Shown here piece after piece: positions 10,382-19,131 of a stretch of DNA of 47,748 nt (position 1 is the stretch's first letter; every line of letters starts with the position of its first letter). Origin of the DNA: Candidatus Zapsychrus exili. Lineage in GTDB: Bacteria; Omnitrophota; Gorgyraeia; Zapsychrales; Zapsychraceae. The stretch is taken from the NCBI GenBank assembly GCA_030765585.1, contig JAVCCJ010000023.1, forward strand, positions 1-47,748, in the 5' to 3' direction. A program made the translations under genes and the position numbers. The notes beneath the pieces are model-generated. The model was given only the letters and a program-made list of their open reading frames with translations. It ran no database searches and had not been told where the DNA came from.

Positions 10382-10471
10382 GATGCTAGATGCTCGATAC
10401 TAGATGCTAGCAAGAATAAAACATCTGGTATACATTATCCAGAATCCAGGATCCAGAATCTAGGATCTAGA
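10382..10471. repeat. Two mutually inverted heptanucleotide tandem arrays
   Basis: GATGCTA-GATGCTC-GATACTA-GATGCTA (10382-10409) and CATCTGG-TATACAT-TATCCAG-AATCCAG-GATCCAG-AATCTAG-GATCTAG (10422-10470). Confidence 0.85.
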
Positions 10472-10472
10472 A

Positions 10473-11610
10473 CTATTCGTTAAATACTTTTTGTGCTGCT
10501 GCTACGCCGACACCTAAAGTAAACTCATAGCCCAACTCTTTTAAAACCTTCTCAAAGCATGATATTCCAGACAGAATATCGTATTCATCTACGCATCCCA
10601 TATGCAATGCGAATTATTTTTCCTTTTAACTGTGCTTGTCCTCCAGCAACAGATATACCATGAGTATCTCTCATTAATTTAACAACTTTACCTCCATTTA
10701 TACTTTCAGGAAGATTAATAGCTGTTAAATTATTAGCTATGCACGTTTCGTCAGCTAAAAGCGTAAGTCCCAAAGCTTTTGCTGCTGCTCTTGTTCCACG
10801 AGCAAGTCTTGCGTAATTAGCAAAGACTCCTTCTAAGCCTAACTCTTTAAAATATTTTAGAGATTCAACTAATGCAACAATGATTCCTATTGCAGGAGTA
10901 AAAGGAGTATCTGGAACATCAACTACTTTTTTAGCTTTTCTAAAATCAAAATAATATCTTGGGCTTGTTGATTGCTCTACTAATTTAAATGCTTTATCAC
11001 TTACTGCAGCAAAAGATACGCCAGGAGGCAACATAAAGCCCTTATGAGACCCTGATACAACAATATCAACTCCCCATTCATCTGTCTTTATTTCATCTAC
11101 TCCAACACCGCTTACGCCGTCTACAACCAAAACAGCATCGGTCTTCTTAACTATCTCGGCAATGGCGCGAACATCAGTAGTAACACCTGTTGAAGTTTCG
11201 CAAAGAGTAATAAAAACAGCTTTTACATCTTTATTTTCGTCTAAAACTTTCTTTATATCTTCTGGATTAACTACCTTACCCCACTCTACCTCTATAATTG
11301 TAGGTTCAGCATTATATGCCTTACAAAGTTCAGCCCATCTTTCACCAAACTTTCCGCCTTCAACTGTAATTGCTTTATCACCAGCAGATAACAAATTAGC
11401 AACGGCTGCTTCCATAGCTCCAGTTCCAGAAGAAGCCATTATGTAAATATCGTTCTTAGTCTGAAAAACATACTTCAATCCTTCTATCGCTTCTTTTAAA
11501 GCCTCTTGAAACTGAGGAGTTCTATGGTGAATGATTGGTTTTCCTAAAGCTTCGCATATTTGTGGTGGAATATGAGTTGGTCCAGGAGTCAATAATAAAT
11601 TTCTTTTCAT
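10473..11610 (-). pseudogene. Class V PLP aminotransferase (serine/alanine-glyoxylate type, probable SerC substitute), frameshifted near the 3' end
   Basis: LLTPGPT, GTGAMEA, GGKFGERW, VVDGVS, SGSHKGFMLPPG (PLP Lys). The ORF stops at 10585, but the family-like C-terminus continues in another frame to the TAG at 10473. Confidence 0.85.
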
Positions 11611-11748
11611 CTTATTCCTTCTTTCTTGTAAATAATTTAATTTTAATTAACTGCTATAAAAACACTTTCTACTTTAAACCAAAACAATGCTAAATATCCA
11701 CTTTAAGTAGAAACCTTAGGCAAGATAAACGTTCTGCGTAATCAGTTT

Positions 11749-12345
11749 TTAAACCGATTCAAGAACTTCGTCAATAAGACCATACTCTTTAGCCTCATAC
11801 GACGACATAAAATAATCTCTATCACAATCAGCTAAAACTTTATCATAATCTTGTCCGCTATGTTTAGCCAATAGCTTTGTTAGCTCTTCTTTCATGCGAA
11901 TAATTTCTTGAGCTTGGATAGAAATATCACTTGCTGTTCCTTGAGCTCCACCCCAAGGTTGGTGAATCATAATGCGAGAATAAGGCAAAGAAAATCTTTT
12001 ACCCTTTGCTCCAGCTGTTAACAAAAGTGATCCCATGCTAGCGGCTTGTCCAATACAATAAGTGCATATATCTGGCTTTACAAATTGCATAGTATCATAA
12101 ATCGCAAGTCCAGCCGTCACAGAACCTCCCGGGGAATTAACATAAACATTAATATCCTTAGAAGCATCTTCACTTTGCAAAAACAACATCTGAGCAATTA
12201 TAAGGTTTGCAACGTTATCATCAATTGCTGTTCCAATAAAGATGATTCTGTCTTTAAGCAAACGTGAATAAATATCATATGCTCTTTCACCTTGTGCTGT
12301 TTTTTCTACAACCATAGGTACTAATATTTGAGAATTGGATTTCAT
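11749..12345 (-). CDS. clpP: ATP-dependent Clp protease proteolytic subunit
   Basis: [40 protein letters not shown]. Confidence 0.98.
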   Translation of the reverse strand: MKSNSQILVPMVVEKTAQGERAYDIYSRLLKDRIIFIGTAIDDNVANLIIAQMLFLQSEDASKDINVYVNSPGGSVTAGLAIYDTMQFVKPDICTYCIGQAASMGSLLLTAGAKGKRFSLPYSRIMIHQPWGGAQGTASDISIQAQEIIRMKEELTKLLAKHSGQDYDKVLADCDRDYFMSSYEAKEYGLIDEVLESV

Positions 12346-12366
12346 TTTAAACCTCCATTATGACAT

Positions 12367-13251
12367 TTAAGACCAAACGGCCTCTTTTAATAAGAATTCC
12401 ATAACCTTAACTGGAAGATTTTCTCCTTGCTTTACTTCAATACCTTCTAATTGAGCAATTTTATCTAGAATAAGATAGACTTTAATATCTTTTTCAATAG
12501 CTTGATGCAAATCCTTCTTAACGCCCTCTTCTTTTTCTTTTATCTCTTCATCTGTCATCTTATTGTAGGTTTTAACTTGGTTTTTCCACTCCTCTAAACG
12601 TCTTACAAGTTGTCTCTCTGTAAGTGTTTTCGGAGCCAAAACCTTCGTCTTCTTTAAAAGAAAGTCTACAACTTGATTCTCTATATCAGTACGATTTTGA
12701 CGATCCTTTTCCGTTCCCATCTGATCTGTTAATGTCTTCTTAAATTCCTCTAAACTTGGATATCCCAGACCCTTTGCAAACTCATCATCAATTGCAACAT
12801 CCTCTTTTCCTTGGCCTTTCTTAAAATAATCTAAAGTTTTGTTCAGCTCTTCTTCTGTAACTTCAGAACTTTTTTTCTTAACCTTTATACCCTTATAGTC
12901 TTTAACCTTAACATCTGGCTTAATTTCTAACTTTGCTTTAAACTTTATAATTCCATCTTTAAAATCTACATCATGAATTTCAGGCATATCAATTGGTAAA
13001 ATATTTTCCTTATCTATTGCTTCTTGATAGGCCTCTGGAATTATTGCTTTTACCACTTCTTCTTGTGCTGTATCTGCAAATTGTGCTTCTAAAATATTTT
13101 TTGGGACTTTTCCTGCTCGAAAACCCTTAACTTTTGCAACCTTACCTATATCCCTATATACATCTTCAAATTTCTTAGAAACTCTTTCTTTAGAAATTTC
13201 AAAACTTAATTCTCTTTTTATTGTATCAATTTTTTTAACTTCAACTTTCAT
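12367..13251 (-). CDS. tig: Trigger factor, short form lacking the FKBP PPIase domain
   Basis: True start is probably MKVEVKK at 13251 (AAGGGGG RBS), giving 294 aa. GFRAGKVP ribosome-binding motif and DDEFAK present; upstream of clpP. Confidence 0.9.
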   Translation of the reverse strand: MKVEVKKIDTIKRELSFEISKERVSKKFEDVYRDIGKVAKVKGFRAGKVPKNILEAQFADTAQEEVVKAIIPEAYQEAIDKENILPIDMPEIHDVDFKDGIIKFKAKLEIKPDVKVKDYKGIKVKKKSSEVTEEELNKTLDYFKKGQGKEDVAIDDEFAKGLGYPSLEEFKKTLTDQMGTEKDRQNRTDIENQVVDFLLKKTKVLAPKTLTERQLVRRLEEWKNQVKTYNKMTDEEIKEKEEGVKKDLHQAIEKDIKVYLILDKIAQLEGIEVKQGENLPVKVMEFLLKEAVWS

Positions 13252-13368
13252 TTTTGTAATTGCCCCCTTAAGTGCTTTAAGTGTAGTGTTCAATAAAATT
13301 CGTTTATCTGTTGGATCTCTTTTACCTTCTTTGCTGCAGATTAATTTTACAAGCAGTGAAAAAACGAT

Positions 13369-13397
13369 AGTATACACAAAAAATACTACATTGTAAA
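13369..13397 (-). promoter_or_regulatory. Sigma70-type promoter for tig-clpP
   Basis: TTTACA, 17-nt spacer, TATACT on the minus strand, overlapping the end of lptB. Confidence 0.55.
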
Positions 13398-14114
13398 CTT
13401 TTCTCCTAAATAAATTTTTCTGGCCTCAGGATTATTAATAAGATCCTCTGCCGTACCAGAAATCAATATCTTGCCATCTGCTATCAAATATGCTCTATCA
13501 GTAATGGATAATGTCTCTCTTACGTTATGATCTGTCAAAAGAATACCCAATCCCCTGCTCTTTAAATCTTTTATAATTTCCTGAGCTTCTGCAACCACAA
13601 TAGGATCTATTCCAGAAAAAGGCTCATCTAAAAGAAGAAATGACGGATTTGTCACCAATGCACGTGTTATTTCAAGACGTCTTCTTTCTCCACCAGACAA
13701 TGTGTATGCCTTACTTTTAGCTAAATGAGCTATATTTAACTCTTCCAACAAAGAGTTTAATCTTCTTTTTCTTTCTTTTGGACTAATATTCAAAGTCTCG
13801 AGCACTGCCATAATATTTTCTTCTACTGTCAATTTTCTAAAAACAGAAGCCTCTTGAGCCAAATATCCCATACCCAAACGACATCTTTCATGTATTGTAT
13901 TTTTTGTAATATCTTCATGATCAAAAAATATCTGCCCTTCATTTGGTTTGATAATTCCTACAGCCATATAGAAAGTCGTTGTTTTTCCAGCACCATTAGG
14001 ACCCAATAGCCCAACTATCTCTGAGCGACCAACAGATATATTAAGTCGATCAACAACTCTTCTTCCACCATATGTTTTAACTAAATTTTTAGTCTCTAGG
14101 AGATGAATCGACAT
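13386..14114 (-). CDS. lptB: LPS export ABC transporter ATPase
   Basis: GPNGAGKTT, YLAQEASVFRKLTV, LSGGERRRLEI, LLDEPF, ITDRAY, YLGEKF. Confidence 0.96.
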   Translation of the reverse strand: MSIHLLETKNLVKTYGGRRVVDRLNISVGRSEIVGLLGPNGAGKTTTFYMAVGIIKPNEGQIFFDHEDITKNTIHERCRLGMGYLAQEASVFRKLTVEENIMAVLETLNISPKERKRRLNSLLEELNIAHLAKSKAYTLSGGERRRLEITRALVTNPSFLLLDEPFSGIDPIVVAEAQEIIKDLKSRGLGILLTDHNVRETLSITDRAYLIADGKILISGTAEDLINNPEARKIYLGEKFTM

Positions 14115-14931
14115 CAGTATCCTCTGTTAATAAAATAAGTTTTGGTCTGCCTGATAAGGTAATTTTTTCCTCTATCGCATCATACACTGCCCTATCGGAA
14201 AAGGTTTGATTTTCGCCCTGTATTATAGCTACATTTCCTATGCAAATAACTTTCTTTATTTTTTTCATCTCTTCGCTAAAATAAACTTCCATCTTATCAG
14301 CCTTAAGAGTTCTGTCTTTTTGAATAGCTACGACATTTTTATTGAATATTCCTACTGAATTTGTTCTGTCAACAATCATAGGACCATCACATGTAATAGT
14401 TAAAACACTTTTATCTTCTTCTTCTGGCTTTGTATCAACCATGACAGTAACATCTTCATTTACCTGCGCATTATTTAAACCAGGTGTTGCTTCAAGCCCA
14501 GTACCTGTCAAAGTAAAACCTTCGTCAGTAATTAAAACATCATCTTCTGTTGATACTAAATCTTTATTTTTATCCCAATCCAAAGAATCAGTAGTTAACT
14601 GCTGCCCCTCTTCGCTTGTTATGACAACATCCGTTTCTAAATGCATATTTCCACTAATCTGATCCACTACTCCTATCCCAGCCTTTAAATTTACTTTTTG
14701 CTCGCCATATGAATTAGCATCTACATTGGAAAGGTTTATCGTAGTTCCAACTATATCGGCAGTATCGCCATTAACATCCCAAGACTTTTCTCCCTCTTCT
14801 GTATATCCTTGCAAATTAAATCCTTGAAATTTCTTATCTGTGTCAGTATCAGAAACTACCTCTTGAGCATAAATTCCAACATTAGAAACTAAAACAAATA
14901 CTGCTATTAGTAAAATTCGTTTTAACCACAT
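14089..14931 (-). CDS. LptC-LptA(OstA)-like fusion, LPS periplasmic bridge
   Basis: Likely start MWLKR at 14931 with a hydrophobic leader. LptC-like half (SWDVNG, LTTDSLDWD, LTGTGL) followed by an LptA-like half (NVVAIQ..LKADKM, GNV.IIQG, AVYD..ITLSGRP); sits between kdsC and lptB. Confidence 0.75.
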   Translation of the reverse strand: MWLKRILLIAVFVLVSNVGIYAQEVVSDTDTDKKFQGFNLQGYTEEGEKSWDVNGDTADIVGTTINLSNVDANSYGEQKVNLKAGIGVVDQISGNMHLETDVVITSEEGQQLTTDSLDWDKNKDLVSTEDDVLITDEGFTLTGTGLEATPGLNNAQVNEDVTVMVDTKPEEEDKSVLTITCDGPMIVDRTNSVGIFNKNVVAIQKDRTLKADKMEVYFSEEMKKIKKVICIGNVAIIQGENQTFSDRAVYDAIEEKITLSGRPKLILLTEDTDVDSSPRD

Positions 14932-15449
14932 ATCGGCTTTATTATCTCCTTCCATTTTCCCTGAGTCTTAAGAATTAATTCTACAACCTCTCTAACAGCT
15001 CCTGCTCCGCCACATTTTTTAGTCACATAATCTGCGTTCTTTTTAGTTTCAATAGCAGCATTATTAACAGCTACAGAAAATCCAACTTGTTTTAAAAGAC
15101 AAATGTCTGGAATGTCATCGCCAACAAAGCATACTTCAGAATTCTTTACTTTAAGTGCTTTAAGTAATTTGTTGTATGCCACTTTCTTTGGATATGCATC
15201 TTGGAAAACCTTATCTATTTTTAAATCTTTTGCCCTTGCAGTAACAGCCTCTGCAGACCTAGCTGAAATTATTGCAGTCTTGCCTCCTGATTTTTTAAAA
15301 AGTGATATACCAAAACCATCTTGGACGTCAAAAACTTTAATCTCTTTTCCTTTTGAATCTATATTGATTTTTCCATTAGTTAAAACGCCATCCACATCAA
15401 GAGCTAAAACCTTTATTTTCTTTATTTTGTCTATTAATGTTTTTTTCAC
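14922..15449 (-). CDS. kdsC: KDO 8-phosphate phosphatase (HAD family)
   Basis: LDVDGVLT, FDVQDG, VGDDIPD, GGAGAVRE. Confidence 0.95.
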   Translation of the reverse strand: MKKTLIDKIKKIKVLALDVDGVLTNGKINIDSKGKEIKVFDVQDGFGISLFKKSGGKTAIISARSAEAVTARAKDLKIDKVFQDAYPKKVAYNKLLKALKVKNSEVCFVGDDIPDICLLKQVGFSVAVNNAAIETKKNADYVTKKCGGAGAVREVVELILKTQGKWKEIIKPICG

Positions 15450-16405
15450 ACCAAACCTGCCTTTAGTAAATCTTGAACATCTAATAATCCAACTAATTTA
15501 TTTTTATCATCCACCACCGGAAGCTCGTCTATTTTTTTCTCTTGTAAAATTTTAAGTGCCTCAACTGCCAGTTTATCTCTTGATATAGTGGTAGGGTTCT
15601 TTGTCATTACATCTTTTACTTTTCGATCTAACAATCCACTGTCTGATTCAATATGACGCCTTAAATCTCCATCAGTAAAAATACCTATAAATTTTCCATT
15701 TTTATTCATTACACAAGCTGAACCACATCTATAATTAGTAATAGCAAGTAAAACATTTTTAACGGCCGTATCATCTTTCACTTTTGGAAAATGCGCACCT
15801 TTTCTCATCAAATCTTCCACTTTAAGCAAGAGCTTCTTTCCTAAAGCCCCGCCTGGATGAAAAAACGCAAAATCTTCTTTTTTAAATTTCCTTCTTACAA
15901 TTAAACATGCAGCTAAAGCATCTCCCATAACAAGCGTTGCAGTAGTTGATGCCATAGGAGCAAGTCCTAAAGGGCATCCCTCTTTTTTAACGGAAACATC
16001 TAAATTAACATCACAATGTTTTGCTATGGCAGATTTAGTATTTCCAGTAAGTGCTATTGTTTTAATCGCAATTCTTTTTATTAAAGGCAATAATCTTTTT
16101 GTTTCTTCAGTTTCACCACTATTTGATATAAGAATCAATACATCATCTTTTGTAACTTGACCCAAATCTCCATGTAAAGCCTCAGCACTATGCATCCACA
16201 TACTAGGAGTTCCCGTAGAAGATAATGTTGCCGCTATTTTACGTCCAATAATGCCTGTTTTACCCATTCCAGTTACTACAACACGACCTTTGCATTCAGA
16301 TATCAAATCAACAGCTTTCAAGAAATCTTTATTAATTCTCTTCACCAAATCTTTAACAGCTTGAGCTTCAATATTTATAACTTCTTTTGCTTTTTTTATA
16401 GTCAT
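15446..16405 (-). CDS. kdsD: Arabinose-5-phosphate isomerase (KpsF/GutQ family, SIS plus two CBS domains)
   Basis: VTGMGKTG, EALHGDLG, SNSGET, LAPMASTT, HPGGALG. Confidence 0.95.
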   Translation of the reverse strand: MTIKKAKEVINIEAQAVKDLVKRINKDFLKAVDLISECKGRVVVTGMGKTGIIGRKIAATLSSTGTPSMWMHSAEALHGDLGQVTKDDVLILISNSGETEETKRLLPLIKRIAIKTIALTGNTKSAIAKHCDVNLDVSVKKEGCPLGLAPMASTTATLVMGDALAACLIVRRKFKKEDFAFFHPGGALGKKLLLKVEDLMRKGAHFPKVKDDTAVKNVLLAITNYRCGSACVMNKNGKFIGIFTDGDLRRHIESDSGLLDRKVKDVMTKNPTTISRDKLAVEALKILQEKKIDELPVVDDKNKLVGLLDVQDLLKAGLV

Positions 16406-16410
16406 TTGTT

Positions 16411-17241
16411 TTACCTATTCTTTATCGCTTTATCAATTGCTTTAAGTTCAATAAGAAATTCCTCAAGTTTATTTAATGCCAACATGTTAGGGCCATCAGA
16501 TAGAGCTTTCTTTGGATTCGAATGGACTTCTACGAAAATAGCATTACATCCAGAGGCAATTGCACATCTTGCTAAAAGTGGTACATATTGGCTTAATCCT
16601 CCTGATACTGAACCTAATCCTCCTGGCTGCTGAACGCTGTGAGTTGCATCAAAAACAACCGGATACCCTGTTTCCTTCATAATTGCAATAGAACGAAAAT
16701 CGCTAACTAAATTGTTATATCCAAAACTTGTTCCACGCTCTGTCAAAAGTATTTTCTTGTTGCCAGTTGACTCTACCTTTTTAATAGCCTGCACCATATC
16801 TTTTGGTGCTAAAAACTGTCCTTTTTTGATATTAACTATTTTTCCTGTATTGCCAGCTGCAACAAGCAAATCTGTCTGACGACATAAGAATGCAGGTATT
16901 TGCATAATATCTAAAACTTTTGCTGCTGCCTCAACTTCAAGAGGGCTATGAACATCGCTTAACACTGGAACACCAATTTTATCTTTTACTTCTTTTATAA
17001 CATCTAGACCTTTAACTAAGCCAGGTCCCCTATAAGACTTTATGGAAGTACGATTTGCTTTATCATAACTGATTTTAAAAATAAAAGGCACGCCAAGTTT
17101 CTTAGTTATTTTCTTTATTGAAGCTGCTATCTTCAAAGCCATCTGCCTGCCTTCAATAACGCAAGGACCAGCAATAAGAACAAACGGCTTCTTATCTCCT
17201 ATTTTTATATTTTTTACATTAATAATCTTTCCCATTTTCAT
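16411..17241 (-). CDS. kdsA: KDO 8-phosphate synthase (start may be the second ATG at 17235)
   Basis: IAGPCVIE, DKANRTS, QIPAFLCRQTDL, KKGQFL, DATHSVQ.PG, SDGPN. Confidence 0.97.
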   Translation of the reverse strand: MKMGKIINVKNIKIGDKKPFVLIAGPCVIEGRQMALKIAASIKKITKKLGVPFIFKISYDKANRTSIKSYRGPGLVKGLDVIKEVKDKIGVPVLSDVHSPLEVEAAAKVLDIMQIPAFLCRQTDLLVAAGNTGKIVNIKKGQFLAPKDMVQAIKKVESTGNKKILLTERGTSFGYNNLVSDFRSIAIMKETGYPVVFDATHSVQQPGGLGSVSGGLSQYVPLLARCAIASGCNAIFVEVHSNPKKALSDGPNMLALNKLEEFLIELKAIDKAIKNR

Positions 17242-17247
17242 CCTTTA

Positions 17248-17293
17248 CCCCGTTAGAGATAAAAACTTCATGAAGTTTTTATCTCTAACGGGG
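17248..17293. repeat. Perfect 46-bp palindrome with no loop
   Basis: CCCCGTTAGAGATAAAAACTTCA|TGAAGTTTTTATCTCTAACGGGG; the two 23-nt halves are exact reverse complements. Confidence 0.95.
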
Positions 17294-18022
17294 ATTGTTT
17301 AAAATTCCTTCAACTATTTCTAAATCTTCTTTTGTATCTACTCCAATTGTTTCAATATCTGTCAAAACTGTTTTAATCTTATACCCTGCCTCAATTGCCC
17401 TTAACTGTTCTAGTTTTTCAGTTTGCTCTAAGCTTGTCTGTGGCAAACTTTTAAATTTCAGAATAAAATCTTTTCTATACGCATAAATACCTAAATGTTT
17501 ATAATAAGTCACATCTTTTATTTGCTCGCCAACTCTATTAAAAGGAATTAAAGATCGCGAAAAATATAGTGCGTATCCACTATTATCTATAACAACCTTA
17601 ACCACATTCTTATTAACTAAATCTTCTTTGTTCTCTATCTCCTTAATTGCTGTAGATATTGAGGCTAATTCATCGCCAATAAGAGCTTGAGCTAAATTAT
17701 CTATAATAGAGCAGTCAATTAACGGCTCATCTGCTTGTATATTAACAACGATATCTGCGTCTAGATTCTCTACTGCCTCTGCTATTCTATCTGTTCCTGT
17801 ATTATGATCCTTAGATGTCATAACAGCTTTTGCACCAAAACTTATTGCCGTATCAAAAACTTTCTTATCATCGCATGCAATAATAACTTCACTCAAAACT
17901 TTACTTTTTAAAGATCTGCTCCACACATGCTCTATCATTGGCTTTGAAGCGATACTAGCCAATACCTTTCCTTCAAAGCGCGTTGAACCCCATCTAGCTG
18001 GAATTATACCAATTACTTTCAT
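17285..18022 (-). CDS. kdsB: CMP-KDO synthetase
   Basis: IIPARWGSTRFEGK, GTDRIAE, NIQADEP, ALYFSR, HLGIYAY, EKLEQLR. Confidence 0.97.
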   Translation of the reverse strand: MKVIGIIPARWGSTRFEGKVLASIASKPMIEHVWSRSLKSKVLSEVIIACDDKKVFDTAISFGAKAVMTSKDHNTGTDRIAEAVENLDADIVVNIQADEPLIDCSIIDNLAQALIGDELASISTAIKEIENKEDLVNKNVVKVVIDNSGYALYFSRSLIPFNRVGEQIKDVTYYKHLGIYAYRKDFILKFKSLPQTSLEQTEKLEQLRAIEAGYKIKTVLTDIETIGVDTKEDLEIVEGILNNPR

Positions 18023-18025
18023 AGT

Positions 18026-19051
18026 TTAATGTGACTTTATTGCTTCTAACAATTCTTTTTTAGTTACAGCAACAGCTCCCATTTTCCCAACAACAATACC
18101 ACCAGCAAAATTAGATATCTCCGCTGCTTGAATCTTTGTGGAACCTGCAGTTAAGCTTAAGGTAAATGCTGATATAACAGCATCGCCTGCACCAGAAACA
18201 TCATGAACTTCTTGAGCTTTTGTCTTTATAGAATGCGGTTTCTTGCCTTTTTCAAAAAGGCGCATTCCGTTTTCGCCCAATGTTATAAGCAATGATTCTA
18301 GCTCTAAATATTTAAGAAGCTCATTACCAGCTAAATTTATATCAGAATCTTTCGTTAACTTTTCTGTACGAATAGCCAAACTTTCCGACGAATCTGCCGT
18401 AATTTTTATATTCCTTATTGCGTTCTCTGCTTCGCTACGATTAGGAGTTATTGCGGTTACTTTTCTGTAATAATTAAAATTCTCAACCTTTGGATCAACT
18501 GTAATAATTTTGTTCTTTTCCTCAGCTAAAGAACAAACAAAACTAATCAGCTCTTTAGAAATCAAACCCTTTCCATAATCGGAAACAATTATTGCATCAT
18601 AATTCTTTATATTTCTTTTTAAGAAATCTGTTATTTTCTTAAATATAATCTTACTCTGATGTTTGCAGAATTTTTCTTTATCAACCCTTACAACCTGCTG
18701 ATGCTGTGCGATAATCCTTAATTTCAATATTGTCGGAAGTTTGCTGTCTACAAAAACAGCCTTAGTATTTATACCTTTTTTTGAAAGCTCTTTCCTTAAA
18801 ATCTCCCCTTCTGGGTCTTTTCCAACCATACCAGCCAAGGTAACATTTGCTCCCAAACTTCTTAAATTGTGAGCAACATTAGCCGCCCCGCCAGGAGTAG
18901 AGAAAGAATTTTCTTCTAATACAATTGGAACTGGAGCTTCAGGAGATATGCGAGACACGCTGCCCTGTATATACTGATCTAATATAATATCACCTATGAC
19001 TAATATATTCTTTTTGCTAAATTTAGATATAATTTTTGCGTAATTTTGCAT
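18026..19051 (-). CDS. rfaE1: D-glycero-beta-D-manno-heptose-7-phosphate kinase (stand-alone RfaE domain I)
   Basis: RISPEAPVP, GGAANVA, VSDYGKG, VDPK, TPN..E, DVSGAGD. Confidence 0.93.
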   Translation of the reverse strand: MQNYAKIISKFSKKNILVIGDIILDQYIQGSVSRISPEAPVPIVLEENSFSTPGGAANVAHNLRSLGANVTLAGMVGKDPEGEILRKELSKKGINTKAVFVDSKLPTILKLRIIAQHQQVVRVDKEKFCKHQSKIIFKKITDFLKRNIKNYDAIIVSDYGKGLISKELISFVCSLAEEKNKIITVDPKVENFNYYRKVTAITPNRSEAENAIRNIKITADSSESLAIRTEKLTKDSDINLAGNELLKYLELESLLITLGENGMRLFEKGKKPHSIKTKAQEVHDVSGAGDAVISAFTLSLTAGSTKIQAAEISNFAGGIVVGKMGAVAVTKKELLEAIKSH

Positions 19052-19131
19052 TTTATTAGACTCTTAAGTTAATAGATATTAACATTTTATAAATATATAT
19101 AAAACACTTATTAAAATAGAAGCTGATTCTA

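Noticed and set aside
10382..10471. CRISPR array
   Set aside because: The units are 7-nt tandem repeats without unique spacers, and no cas genes are present.
11666..11713. TTTCTACT...GTAGA resemblance to a Cas12a repeat
   Set aside because: Single occurrence, wrong loop length, and no array or cas gene.
13252..13377. 42-aa N-terminal extension of trigger factor, or a tRNA upstream of tig
   Set aside because: The RBS and family N-terminus point to a start at 13251 and the region contains a promoter; no cloverleaf is present.
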